A DNA stretch of 63,063 bases, the filler included, from Lenisia limosa (taxonomy: Eukaryota; Protista; Breviatea): the NCBI GenBank assembly GCA_001655205.1. It is 13 parts of 13 records of this genome, joined end to end, with 100 filler letters (N's around TTAATTAATTAA, not from the genome) between each part and the next. Parts side by side here need not be neighbours in the genome. Positions count along the whole stretch, not along the records: positions 1 to 17,120 come from LPNZ01010259.1; positions 17,221 to 21,562 come from LPNZ01008744.1; positions 21,663 to 22,894 come from LPNZ01011221.1; positions 22,995 to 44,957 come from LPNZ01010334.1; 9 more parts are not named here. One strand, given 5' to 3'. The position numbers and the translations under genes are program-made. This document shows, in pieces, positions 13,401 to 25,900 of the stretch (positions are counted from its first letter, which is position 1; the number at the start of each line of letters is the position of its first letter). The notes under the pieces were generated by a model that saw only the letters and a list, made by a program, of their open reading frames with translations, did not search any database and was not told the origin of the DNA.

Positions 13401-14599
13401 ATATTGAAAACTGTAAAAATAACTAATAAATGTTAAACTAAAAATAAATATTCCAGGGGTCTGTTGAGGTATTGACTTGAGTTTGTACTTAGAATAAGTA
13501 ACTTAAGTCAATTTTAAGTTCAAATCTTGGCACTTCAAACGTGGCCTACTGTGATAAAGCTATTTTTCACAAGCAAGCCCCGGGCACGGTTATGAATAGT
13601 TTTGGATTTTAGGAAATTTTTTCATTAGGTCACTTTTTTTTTGTATATTCCTCAGTTTGTGTGCCATTCATTGAATTTTTTTCGTTTTAAAAAGCTGTTT
13701 CTAAAAGAACACTCAATAATCAGATTAAATTGGATGAAATAGCTGTGTATTAAGTCTTTAGGGAGCAGCTTCACAAGATGGCAAGATTAGGATTTACGAG
13801 GCAATTGATCCTTTAAATTTAAAACATTGGTCTGGAGAGGATCTTTTTGTTGACAAAGGTATGTACATATATGTGCCCAAATTTTCAATTATGTAATGCT
13901 TTCTGTGCAGAGGGAATAGCAATCATGTTTATAAATATCCGATAGGGAATGGGAATGTTATATATAAAGGTGGTCGTTCAGGTTATCATTGCAGGTCAAG
14001 GAAACCCTTTTTACATAAACTGTAAAGTTTCTCATTATTTATAAGGTTTTTTATTATTATTATTATTTTTTTATTATTAAAGAAAAATCTGTCAAGTATG
14101 GAATTTTTGTTCAATGTTACCCCATATCAATATTGTATTTTAGTGAAGTCCCCCTCCTCCTCCTCCCGTTACTGATTCCGAGACTCCTTCCAGACCTTCC
14201 AGAAATAGAGGTCCTATTGACTACGCTCCCCAGTATCTGGGAAATCTAGTTTGGATGATTTGTCCCTCTTCTCTGCTGATCACGTTCACGCTGTCGTTTG
14301 GTGTTATATTTTGCCCTTTAATTACACCTCGGACGTATTAAGAACCGCGTCAAGACCCCACCTCCGCAGGGAGGCTCTTATGAAGGAGACCTTTTAAATG
14401 AGAAAGTTATGCATTGATAATATAAAAGTGAGAAGGAGAAAGACATTTGTGAATCTGTTCTCTGAGGCGGCTCATCTCCTTCATTGGGCCCACTGCTTTA
14501 GACATGTGACATCCACACTGAATGCCTTGAAGTATTTGGCTCAGGATGGCAGAATAATTGTGATCTATTTATAGTAATAAAATAGCCCTCCATCGAAAC

Positions 14600-16730
14600 A
14601 GTATCTATGGAATGGATAATTAAAACCAACCGATTCCCTGCGCTGGTCTTCAGGAAAGTGAACAGAAGCCTTGCCCTAACTTCGGACTTCAGAGAAGAAA
14701 GAGACGGCGACATTTCATTAAATGAGGTGAACTGCTCAAGCTTACGGGCGGCACGCTTCTTGTTCACCCAGAAACGGAACAAATCAGCTTCTTTCTTGTA
14801 TTTCTAAGCAGTTATCAGAGAATTTGACACTATTTGAAATTACAAGAAAGAAAAGAAAAGAAACGTGTTTACCAAGAATCGCGATGTCATACACAAGTCC
14901 GTTGTGAAGGTATTAGTAAAAAGAAAGATGTTTATCATTCTCATAGGTGTGGGAGAACAAGCAGGCCGACTTCCTCAAGTCCTTTCCAAGTGGTGAGAAG
15001 ATTTGGGTGTCGTTAGACTCCCAATGGTCTAAGGTTTGTTTTCAAAACATTAGAAATATACGTAATAGAGATATGGTTGGAATTCAACCGATTCCCTCAT
15101 TTCTTTGCCATCAGGGTAAAATCGTTGCCTTTGCCGTCGGCTCTGCTATCTGCCTTAAGGCTCTTCAAGAAGCTTGAATTAGCATTGACGGACTGGTACG
15201 TAGGGCAATTGAGGGCGATTTTCATTTTCATTTCTATTATTTTTTATATAAATCCCCGTCCACAAAAACTGGTGCTTTTTGGATAAAGAATCTGTCAACA
15301 TTTTATTCGCCAAACTACCATCCACAAGTACAAATAATACATACATATCGATCGATATATATTCTATCATTTCACTGGTGTTTTTTTGGAATATCGGTGC
15401 GTTAAGGTTTTTACAATCAAAAATAACAAAACAATAACCACACGNNNNNNNNNNNNNNNNNNNNNNNNNNNNNNNNNNNNNNNNNNNNNNNNNNNNNNNN
15501 NNNNNNNNNNNNNNNNNNNNNNNNNNNNNNNNNNNNNNNNNNNNNNNNNNNNNNNNNNNNNNNNNNNNNNNNNNNNNNAATATTATATGTATGCTCTATC
15601 ATAATGATATACTAAACATTTTTTTCCAGATTCACGACAACGACGCTGCCGTCATGCGTTACGGTGAGGCTGTTATCAACGGCGAGATCAGGGAGGGACT
15701 GTGCCTTCTCCACGGTGCCAGGTCAATCGGAAAATGCGCCCAGGCTGCCATCAAAGGCTTGCGATGAAAGGTTGGTAATTGGATTGTTTTTCATATTAAT
15801 CTTTTTTGGATTTAAAATAGTTTTTTTTATTCAAAGGCGGATTTTCCCCCCCTTTTTTTTTCTTTTCAGCTATGTGTCAAATATGCAGCCAATAGAGTTG
15901 ATAAATTGTAATAGAGGGCTATGTTCGTTTCTACGTTCATGCTGTCTTTGCTGCCATCGTCGTTGACAGCCCAGTTCCGGTGAGGGAAAACAGTTTCTTC
16001 TGGTAGAAGGAAAGCAGCTGGAAGGTAAACATTAAAAAGCGGTGATCAATCTGACTGATACTGTTCACAACAGAATTTCTGTTCTTCGGGGTATTTTTAA
16101 CATGATAAAATATCTTTATGCCATAACGCTTCCTCCTTTTTGTTGCACATTGTAATAATTACTTGGTACCCACCTGCCATTCTATTTAAAACCTCGTTAG
16201 TGTTGGTAGTCTCACCAGCGACGTACTCTCAACAACAGAAAGTTTCGCCCACTTCTAAATTACAATTAGATAACCTTCAGTGAAAATAAATATGAATAAC
16301 AGTACCGAACCTCAAGAGCTTCAGAGAGAGGCTTGCGGCAGTTCTCTGGGGGTGACAGACTGCACATACTTCGCACATACTTCTCCTCAAAGCAGCCGTG
16401 GTCCCCACAAAGAGGTGAAGAGCGGTCATTGTGTCCTATACAGATAAGATCCTGTTACATAAGGTCTAAACCTGATTGCCCTCATTTTGACATACCAGTA
16501 AGGCCCAAGAGACGGTCACGGATGGCCACAGCGTTTCCACCTTTTTTTTTTTTTTGCATTGTATCTTGCCAGATGCAGGTATGTCTACCAACACTGATCT
16601 GTTGGACACTGTGTTCAACGCCGTCAGGAAGGCCTACCAGCAGTCTTACCAACAGGTCGCACATGTAGTACTCAGATGATGGTGGTTGCAAGCGATGGCC
16701 TGTCAGCTGTGGGGTACCCTGTTCGAGGTA
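14600..16730 (+). pseudogene. Spliced Mutator-like / Sola2-like DDE transposase with in-frame TGA stops and frameshifts
   Basis: In-phase exons give FTKNRDVIHKSVVK|VWENKQADFLKSFPSGEKIWVSLDSQWSK|GKIVAFAVGSAICLKALQEA*ISIDGL|IHDNDAAVMRYGEAVINGEIREGLCLLHGARSIGK. This has a catalytic-like D (SLDSQW), a second D (HDND) and a CxxH motif. Downstream exons need frameshifts. Confidence 0.6.
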
Positions 16731-17120
16731 AATGGGCCTAATGGCTGTTGTATTGTACATTGTTACGTAACAACTACTTTAAACCGAGAGAGTTTCAGCA
16801 CCTTTCAGTTTACACTATAGATACGGCAGTTGGGTACCTCTCATACCCTTGGGATAGTCCTATCAAACGCAGTCTTGACGGTCCGGGTTTATCCTTTGCT
16901 GTTCGGGGTAGGCAAGGTGGCTTCTGAGCAGAATGGAAATACTATTTTTTTCTGATTACTTCATGATGTCGCTTTATGATCATCATATTTTAACATTGGA
17001 AACCTGTACGAGTTTATTTCCTGGTTATCTGGTATACACCAATGCTTACTCCCGTACCCCTGGCGGAGTGGTACGGGTTATTGCGATATAGGGCCTCAAT
17101 CATGGACAGGTACTAAAGAG

Positions 17121-17220
17121 NNNNNNNNNNNNNNNNNNNNNNNNNNNNNNNNNNNNNNNNNNNNTTAATTAATTAANNNNNNNNNNNNNNNNNNNNNNNN
17201 NNNNNNNNNNNNNNNNNNNN
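17121..17220. other. Artificial scaffold linker N44-TTAATTAATTAA-N44. Also at 21563, 22895, 44958, 46843, 49579, 52669, 54492, 56052, 58286, 59544, 61799
   Basis: An identical 100-nt construct with stops in all six frames, always embedded in Ns. Confidence 0.95.
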
Positions 17221-17369
17221 CACTTCGCAAACCTGATGAACCCACCGCTCACCCCCCACCCTCGTTAATTATTGATATTATATTCAATGAACTTTGAATA
17301 CCTTAACACACAAGGGTTGTAAACAACAAAACAAACAAAGCCCAAAATCAACTATGTTGGCAAGCAACA

Positions 17370-18424
17370 CAAAAGGGTTGCTGGTCACTCACTTGTAGCA
17401 CCGCCTCCCATACACTACTTCCAGAATAAAAATTCGGAAACACATGGATACAGAGGGTTGCTGGTCACACACTTCTACAGCACCGCTTCCCATCCATTAC
17501 TTCCAGAACCCTTCACAAACCTGTTGAATTTCCTTGACGCGTTCGAAGATAAGTTCGATCAACTTAGAAAGACCGTGGATGGGGAGAGAAATCGCCGCAT
17601 CAGGCAAGATCTTGAGGAAGGAGCTGGGAAGTAGTTCTACATTGTTACTAAGGACTGCAACTCTGTATCCATGCGTTTCCCAGATTTTATTTTCTGTATC
17701 AATATTGGTAATATGACAATGAATACGTCAAACAACCCGCTATGTGACACTGATATTGAGCTTTATCGTGGGACTTGCCACGGTCAGGGTATTTATTTGA
17801 TCCCCTGATTTTATTAAAGTCTCCCTTTGTAACCTAGGTGATGGGATTATATGATTAGTGCACATTCTGGTCCAATCCGAGGGTATGTGGATCATGATGA
17901 TCAAAGACGGGGTGTAGAGATGCGACTTATGATGATCAAAGAGATTATGACGAATATAATTGAAAGATGTAGCACATATCGATATGCAACCCTCATGTAG
18001 TACACGTCGATATGCCCTCTCTGTTTTTTCAGATATCGTCTTCTTCTTCTATTCTTCCAGAATAAAACAACAAAAACCACCCAATGACAAACTTCTAGTG
18101 AACGCTGAAATGAGCCCATTAATGGCTTTAAGGTTGTTCTCTGTGTTGCCAGCATGATCAAGCTTGACCTGTTGCCGTGAGAAAGGAGGGAATCAGGTAA
18201 TAACCCACTGCGGTGGTGAAACCATCTAAAAACGCGGCTTGCTTCTTGGTGTCGGCGACGAAAGGCTTGCTCTCGTCTTCTTCCTCAGGGAAGTTGAGCG
18301 CTTTCTTAATCTTTGCGAAGGCTTCTTCATCTTTGTCAGAAATAAAAAGGTTTAGAACCTCCTGAGGTGTTAGCGTGCTCTCAAATCCTCTAGAACAAAC
18401 CTTCGAAGCCTTGCGAAGCTCCAT
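17370..18424 (-). CDS. Hypothetical multi-exon protein, weakly CFAP119/C8orf74-like
   Basis: MELRKASK|EVLNLFISDKDEEAFAKIKKALNF...AAFLDGFTTA|VKLDHAGNTENNLKAINGLISAFTRSL...LIELIFERVKEIQQ with canonical splice sites. The family call is weak. Confidence 0.55.
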
Positions 18425-18658
18425 TTTACGCTTTCAAAATTTATTCTGACTACAGATACTCAAAATACCTCTAAAACCACCAGTCTTTCCGTGGTTTGAA
18501 AAAAACAAGAAAACTAAATACTTACATTAGTTATATCAGTAACCTTAAACGAACAAGTTTTCTAAAAATCATTGTTTTCCTGCTTAACTAGTGCTGAACT
18601 TTATAATTACAAGGAGTTAAATTAAATTCAGACGGCATTAGCCGAAAGCAGTCCTAAG

Positions 18659-21200
18659 ATGGGTGACGTAGCCGAAATTCTCGGTCTTGACAAAAGGAAA
18701 CGGGAAACTGATGAAGAAGTTGGCAAGAAGCTTGCTGAAAGTATCAATTCATCGGAGCTTCCTGAGAAAAAGAAGAGAAAGAGGAAAGGTAAGTCGTTTC
18801 CCTCCACGCATTGCCCCCCTTCTCACCTTTTCCCTTTAGAAACAGCGGCGTCGCTTCAAAAGCAGAAGGATGCAAGCCGATCCTCCATCCCTATTGTCCC
18901 TGCAAGTCAGCCACTGAGTCAGATAGACAAGCTCAAGCCAGCGACTGCATGGTGGAATGGGGGCATTAAAAAGAGCATTTCGATGAGTGAAGAATGGAAA
19001 TGCTCTTCTTGAGATGGCGGGATAGTAGTCTAGTTGCAACAGAAATGAGCTGTTGTTGAAATTTGGTCTTTTTCTGTTGGAGCTAATATTTTCTAATTTA
19101 CCCCCCCTCCACAGGTTGTGGTCGGAGTTCAAGCACCCGACAAGGAAGGACAATTTGACACTGTCGCATTGGGTCAAGGCGGAAGACAAGAAGATGGAGT
19201 ATATCTATGCGAAGGTGGGAGGGGAGGTGGGGAGTCAACATTAGAGTAAAGGACAAATCACGAACCGACTAATGTGAAACTCCAAACAAACAAAAAAACA
19301 AGCAATAACAAACACAAGAAAAGTGGTGTACTTACGCTAAGGTGTGGATCCTTCTTTTTCTCAAAATACAACATCTCTAATCAGTTCAGTTCAGCAAAGA
19401 AGTTCAGTTCTTGGAGTTCTCTGATGACGATTACCGTGACCTCAATCTAGCGTGTAAGTGTGGCGCGAAATATGGAATTTTCTTGAGCTAATACACAGAG
19501 TGCTTCAATTTACCCTCAACCTCGCACCCTCGTGTGTTGTCAGCCAACAGAGTTTATCTGGGCTTTTCATTTCATAAATTTTCCTGTTTTATTCCCCTAG
19601 CCCGCAGGTGGACGAAGGACCAGACCAAGGAGCTCTACGTAAAGTGCCGAATTCACAGCCTTCAGTTCATCGTAGTTGCCGACAGGTTATCGTTCGACCG
19701 CACACCCGAGGTGGGGAGGGGGGGGGGGGNNNNNNNNNNNNNNNNCACTAGGGCTTCCCTATGGTCCGAAAAAATACTGATTTTCTCGATAAATCCTCGA
19801 TAAACGTCGATATTTTACCGGTCTTTTCGGACCGTAGGGAAGCCCCAATTATATGTAGCATATAAAGAAGGGGGGGGGGGGAGNNNNNNNNNNNNNNNNN
19901 NNNNNNNNNNNNNNNNNNNNNNNNNNNNNNNNNNNNNNNNNNNNNNNNNNNNNNNNNNNNNNNNNNNNNNNNNNNNNCATATTCTTAATTGAAATTTCCT
20001 TCGTACCCCCTCTCCCCTCACCATCATCATCAACCTTATTAAGATTGCTCCATTTTCACCCTTATTAGGAATGTGCACAGCGTTTTTTCGAAGTCCAGAC
20101 TGCCCTTCAGAAGCGTGATGGCAACAACGACTACGAGTACATTAAACACCCCTTCAATATTGGTATGCTGGGGATATTATTACTGGGGCTTCCCTTCGGT
20201 CCAAAAAAAGACCGGTAAAATATAATAGATACTATTTATCGAGGATTTATCGAGAAATGAAGGGTTTTTTGAGACCATAGCTCTGGTTTGTCTATGAATA
20301 ATCATGGTACATATATCAAGGTTCCCATCCATATCATGATATGGTATATCTATATCGAGATGTCTAAATGATAATATTGGTATTTTAACGCCTACAAGTC
20401 GTATGTTTCTTTTTTGTAACAATTTTGATTGGTTCTTGTGTACTCCACACAAATTGTTTGAAACTCTTCATCAAAGATTTGTTTGAAAAGATTCATTCTC
20501 TCAGAAAATGAGAGGAAGAGAGTAGAAAACCTTGACTCCCTCTACTATCGGTTTGCGGGGGCACACAGTAAGTTGTGAACACAGGTTGTAAGACAAATGA
20601 TTGGGTGAAAGTGTTAATATACAAAATATCTCTTAGATAAAAGCGTGGTGGTTGAGACAATTTCGGCTAGATATAACCCTATTTCTCATTTCTATTTATT
20701 GTTTTTGCAATAAGAGAAAGTGCCTGCCTAATATTTGCTGACCATAGATTTTTAATACCAAAATTCAACATGTTTCATTATAAATATCATATCATATGAT
20801 AGAATTCCTTGGGCAAGACATGCATTCATTAGGTTAACCCATATTCACAGTTCATGTGATCATATGACCGACTTTCGAGTCGAATTGATGAACGAAGATA
20901 AAACGAGAGTTCATCCCGATTGTATAAGAGTATCATTGAGACTTGTCAGTCAATTATCATACGAGTGGATATGAATTATCATATTACTGCGTGGAAAATG
21001 ATATTTCACACTTGTGAATACGATCCAAAACGTGATATTACTATTGCTCAAAACAAAAACGCTTGTCTCCTAAGATTGAGAGAAGTAATGCAAACTCATG
21101 AATGTAGAACGGAAAAGGAAATTGAGGAGGAAGAAGAGCTGAAAAGGGAGGCTACGCGGATTGAGAAGATCTACGCTATGACGCCCCAAGACTTTGAACA
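18659..21200 (+). CDS. DMAP1: DMAP1 / SWC4 / EAF2 (SANT-domain NuA4/SWR1 subunit), multi-exon, 3' end uncertain (possibly to 22894)
   Basis: MGDVAEILGL start, WSEFKHPTRKDNLTLSHWVK, FSKEVQFLEFSDDDY, WTKDQTKELYVKCRIHSLQFIVVADRL and ERKRVENLDSLYYR|TEKEIEEEEELKRE, all collinear with DMAP1. Confidence 0.88.
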
Positions 21201-22994
21201 NNNNNNNNNNNNNNNNNNNNNNNNNNNNNNNNNNNNNNNNNNNNNNNNNNNNNNNNNNNNNNNNNNNNNNNNNNNNNNNNNNNNNNNNNNNNNNNNNNNN
21301 NNNNNNTAACATATCGATTTGTATTAAGGATTTATCGAAAAATTGAGTCTTTTTTGGGACCGTAAGGAAGCCATAACTACACTGTTCTAGTGCTTCACTT
21401 CGGTTCCCATATTTCCCAGACCGAAATGAAGCCCTATTTATTTATATTTTTTTTGATATGTATAGGTGGGGGGCTTCGTTGAAACAAACTGCTCGAATAG
21501 TCTCCTATTTTGACCACCCTCCTCCCCAGAAACTACTCGAAATTGCCAAGGCCACTGATCCCNNNNNNNNNNNNNNNNNNNNNNNNNNNNNNNNNNNNNN
21601 NNNNNNTTAATTAATTAANNNNNNNNNNNNNNNNNNNNNNNNNNNNNNNNNNNNNNNNNNNNCTCTACTATAGAGATGAGAAATAACAAGGTTGTATCCG
21701 GCCGAAGCCGTCCACACTACCACATTCGCTGGACTTGAATAATGCTCTTTGCCAGTCAGTAACCTTGTAGAGCTAAAAACATGGCCGAACCTCCCCGCAC
21801 TTCCTGAGGAGCTTGAAGGTATGTGGGAGCATGTATCCATAATACAGTGACGAGATAAGCCTTGACCAATTTTCCTTGTGAAATCATATATTTATGTGGT
21901 CAAGTCTTATCCCGGCCACTGTATCCATATGGGATATTAAAAGTGTTCTTGGTGAGCACTGGATCCCCCCCCCCCCCCNNNNNNNNNNNNNNNNNNNNNN
22001 NNNNNNNNNNNNNNNNNNNNNNNNNNNNNNNNNNNNNNNNNNNNNNNNNNNNNNNNNNNNNNNNNNNNNNNNNNNNNNNNNNNNNNNNNNNNNNNNNNNN
22101 NNNNNNNNNNNNNNNNNNNAACAGAGCCGAGCATGAAACTGATGAAATTCTGTGGGAGGGAAGGCAATTACAATCACAGTTTTGGTGTTTTTCCAATTTG
22201 TTTCTAAATATCCACAAAATTCAAAAATGGTCTCTTTTGGACCGTATGATTTAGCAGCTATTTTTCTATATTGTAACTGTGGTGTTCCGTTTTGTTTTCT
22301 TGTATTGACCTCCCAGAAATGGCGAAGTTATCACCCCGGGCTGGGTTCAGCTCGACTCGAAATGGGTAGGGGTGTGTCCTTATGATTATTTCCATTTAGA
22401 GTGGGGTAATATGAGCTGAAGTTAGGGCTTCACTTCGGTTTTTAAAAGACTGAATTTCTCGATAAATCTTCAAAAACTACCGATATCGGTCTTTTTTGAA
22501 CCGAAGTGCTACTCTAGTTGTAGTATTAATTTAGAGAGAGGAAGGAAGGGGCATTCACATCCAAAAATGCCTTATCACCAGCTTAAAGACCTTTGCTAAC
22601 GAATTGCACGGTACTTGATTTCACCCAATAGGACATCCCCGGAAACAAGGGTGTCACCGACTCGTATCGTCGCAAGTTCAAGAAGGGCTTTATGGACGAG
22701 CGTCATTGGAAAAATCCCGATACAATGCCTCGAATTACTACAAAGACGTTGGGGGGGTAGAATGGGGGTTGTTGTAACTTCAACTTGCGATAAAGCTGGA
22801 TGTCGTTTTTAATCTTTCGCCATCGGAGGAATGTTGGGTTTAAACTCCTTTTCACATTGTAGGATCCGGCAAGTGCTCCGTGATGAATATCAACNNNNNN
22901 NNNNNNNNNNNNNNNNNNNNNNNNNNNNNNNNNNNNNNTTAATTAATTAANNNNNNNNNNNNNNNNNNNNNNNNNNNNNNNNNNNNNNNNNNNN

Positions 22995-25900
22995 CCAGGC
23001 CAAGGCTAAAGCTGCCCAGTCTCAGCTCGAGCACACCACTCTCAGAAGCATCACGAGCAGGACGTCCATTTGGTGGGTACTCTACACTGTACACCAATTT
23101 TGTAGTGATCATATCTTTGGAAACGCATTCTTATCCTTCGCAGGTACGACCCAGACCCACGTGACACCATCATTGCTGAGGACACGGATCTGGTCTCCTC
23201 CTACTATGACCTCGAGGACAACACAGACGACGGGCTGTCCCCCTGGATGCTGCGTCTGTCTCTTGACCGTGCCGCCGTACTCGATAAGGAGCTCACTATG
23301 GAGCGCATTGCCGAGCGGATTACCCAGACCTTCGGCGGCGACGACATCAACGTCATGTTCAGTGATGACAATGCCGAGGAGTTGGTGTTCAGAATCAGGC
23401 TTATCGACAACGAGGAGTTCAAGAACAACGAGGAGGTAAGACTATTGCTAATGCGTCTCTTGCCCATTTCGACATTTGAGAATTAACAATTTGCAGAAGG
23501 TTCAACAAGAAGATGACCAGTTCCTGAAGAACATGGAAACTTCCCTCTTGGATGATGTTGTCCTTCAGGGTATCCCCGGCATCAAGAAGGTATGGCCGGC
23601 TCTGGATTTTGATTGGATTCTATTTTTTTTTTTCCTCCATATAATATTCGAGATGGGGGAGAACTATCCAGCGTTTTTACACCTTAATTTCAGATGAGAT
23701 CATGATGTTCAGGTGTTCCTGCGTCAAGAGAACACGATTGTCATCGGAGAGAACGGCGGGCTTGAGAGTCACAAGCCCTGGGTACTGGATACTGAGGGCT
23801 GCAATCTGCTTGGTGTCATCTCGTGCCAGAACGTTGATGCTACCAAGACCACTTCCAACAATATCATTGAAATCTTCGAGTGTCTTGGTATGAGCAGGTT
23901 TTAGAATTTGACACGCCAATATTCTTCATCGAAATTCCTTCATTTTACTCCCCTCCTCCCCCCCTGTTATCTCCGTCCACACTCAGGTATTGAAGCCTGC
24001 CGAAACGCGCTGTTCAACGAAATCAAGAACGTTATTTCCTTTGATGGTGCCTACGTTAACTACAGGTATGAAGAGCCCTTTTGCGTCATATCCTGGGTAT
24101 TAGAGATGTAGCTTTAGCGTGCGTACGCTGGAGNNNNNNNNNNNNNNNNNNNNNNNNNNNNNNNNNNNNNNNNNNNNNNNNNNNNNNNNNNNNNNNNNNN
24201 NNNNNNNNNNNNNNNNNNNNNNNNNNNNNNNNNNNNNNNNNNNNNNNNNNNNNNNNNNNNNNNNNNNNNNNNNNNNNNNNNNNNNNNNNNNNNNNNNNNN
24301 NNNNNNNNNNNNNNNNNATCTTGCCATGCTTGTGGACGTCATGACGTTCCGAGGACATCTTATGGCCATCTGCAGACATGGAATGAACAGAGTTGACGCT
24401 GGTTAGAGGGGCGTATCATCTCAGTTGTTCGTCGTAGTGTTACATTGCATCTCATCTCATTGTTGCTCTTTGACCCCTTAGGACCAATCATGAGGGCGTC
24501 CTTTGAGGAGTCCGTGGATATTCTTATGGAGGCTGCCACCTACGCAATGCGTGACGATATTGCGTATGCGCATGGGTTGCCCACCACCTATCACATCGAT
24601 GTGTTTTTTTTATACCCCATCATTGCCTTCTGCTCACGGCCGCAGCGGAGTATCTGAGCAGGTTCTTTTGGGCAAAACGGCTGAAGTCGGTACCGGAGAG
24701 TTCGACCTTGTTGTCGACGAAGAAACTCTCAAGGATGTATGAGGAGTTGTAGATATCTTGGTGCCAGCTACGGATAGCCTATTAAGAGTTGTAAGGCAAA
24801 TGATTGGGTGTATAAATATGAAACGAGAATTCAATATGTCTTAAGGNNNNNNNNNNNNNNNNNNNNNNNNNNNNNNNNNNNNNNNNNNNNNNNNNNNNNN
24901 NNNNNNNNNNNNNNNNNNNNNNNNNNNNNNNNNNNNNNNNNNNNNNNNNNNNNNNNNNNNTCTATGATATTGAGGACGAAGATGACAAAGACATGATTTC
25001 AGCGGACAGTCCTGGAAGAGCCGAGTCCGGCGCCACCCCCTATCACTACTCGCCCGGACAGGCCTCTCCCGGCACAGCTATGTTCTCGCCTCTTGCCTGT
25101 ATGTGAATTGCTCTCCACGTTTATTCTTATTTTATCATTGTGCGTGACCTTTCAGCCTCGCCATACCAGATGTCCCCTACTCCTGGAGCCTCTAGCCCCT
25201 ACTACACGGGCTCTTCAAGCCCGCAATACTCGCCGGGTTTGCGTGATATCCAATATTGATGCAATAATGAAGGGGGAGGTGCCATTTGAAATGTCATCCA
25301 ACTTTTTATTCTCATTTATGGTAACATCTTAGGCCCTGCGTCCGCCAGCTCCCCGAATTATTCTCCCAACTCTCCCAACTATTCTCCAAGCAGTCCGAAT
25401 TATTCCCCGAGCAGTCCGAATTATTCCCCAAGCAGTCCGAATTATTCCCCAAGCAGTCCCAACTATTCCCCAAGCTCACCCAGCTACTCTCCTAGCAGCC
25501 CGAGCTACAGTCCCAGCTCACCGAGCTATTCGCCTAGCTCACCTAGTTACAGCCCAAGCTCACCAAGCTATTCGCCGAGTAGCCCCAGTTACTCGCCGTC
25601 GTCTCCATCCTACAGTCCCTCTTCCCCCTCATACTCGCCATCTTCTCCTTCGTATTCTCCATCTTCCCCATCGTACAGTCCCTCCTCTCCTTCCTACTCC
25701 CCCTCGTCTCCTTCATACAGCCCCTCGTCCCCATCGTACAGTCCGAGCTCACCCAACTACTCGCCAAGCTCGCCAACTTACACACCTGGAAGTTCTTCTG
25801 ACGCTATTAGTTCGCCCAGCTACTCCCCCAGTAGCCCGACATATTCACCAAGGTTCGCCTATGCTTGCGTACTATTCATAGCTTTTCTTGAAGGGCTTTT

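Noticed and set aside
15175-15180. Genome-wide TGA reassignment
   Set aside because: RPB1, SEH1, DMAP1 and the hydrolase have no in-frame TGA and use TGG for Trp. Other apparent TGAs disappear once introns are removed, and the hydrolase appears to end in TGA.
15631-16730. ROK/BadF sugar kinase (NDA motif) or vWA domain (VASDG)
   Set aside because: The upstream exons join in phase to give a Mutator-like D..D..CxxH arrangement. A vWA-like reading of the last exons is not fully excluded.
17121-17220. TTAATTAATTAA recurring twelve times as a possible biological repeat
   Set aside because: It is always centred in exactly 44+44 Ns and has stops in six frames, so it is an assembly linker.
21200-22894. 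5' part of RPB1
   Set aside because: None of the conserved upstream motifs (NADFDGD, TLNTFH, GVPRL) are present, and a linker separates the contigs.
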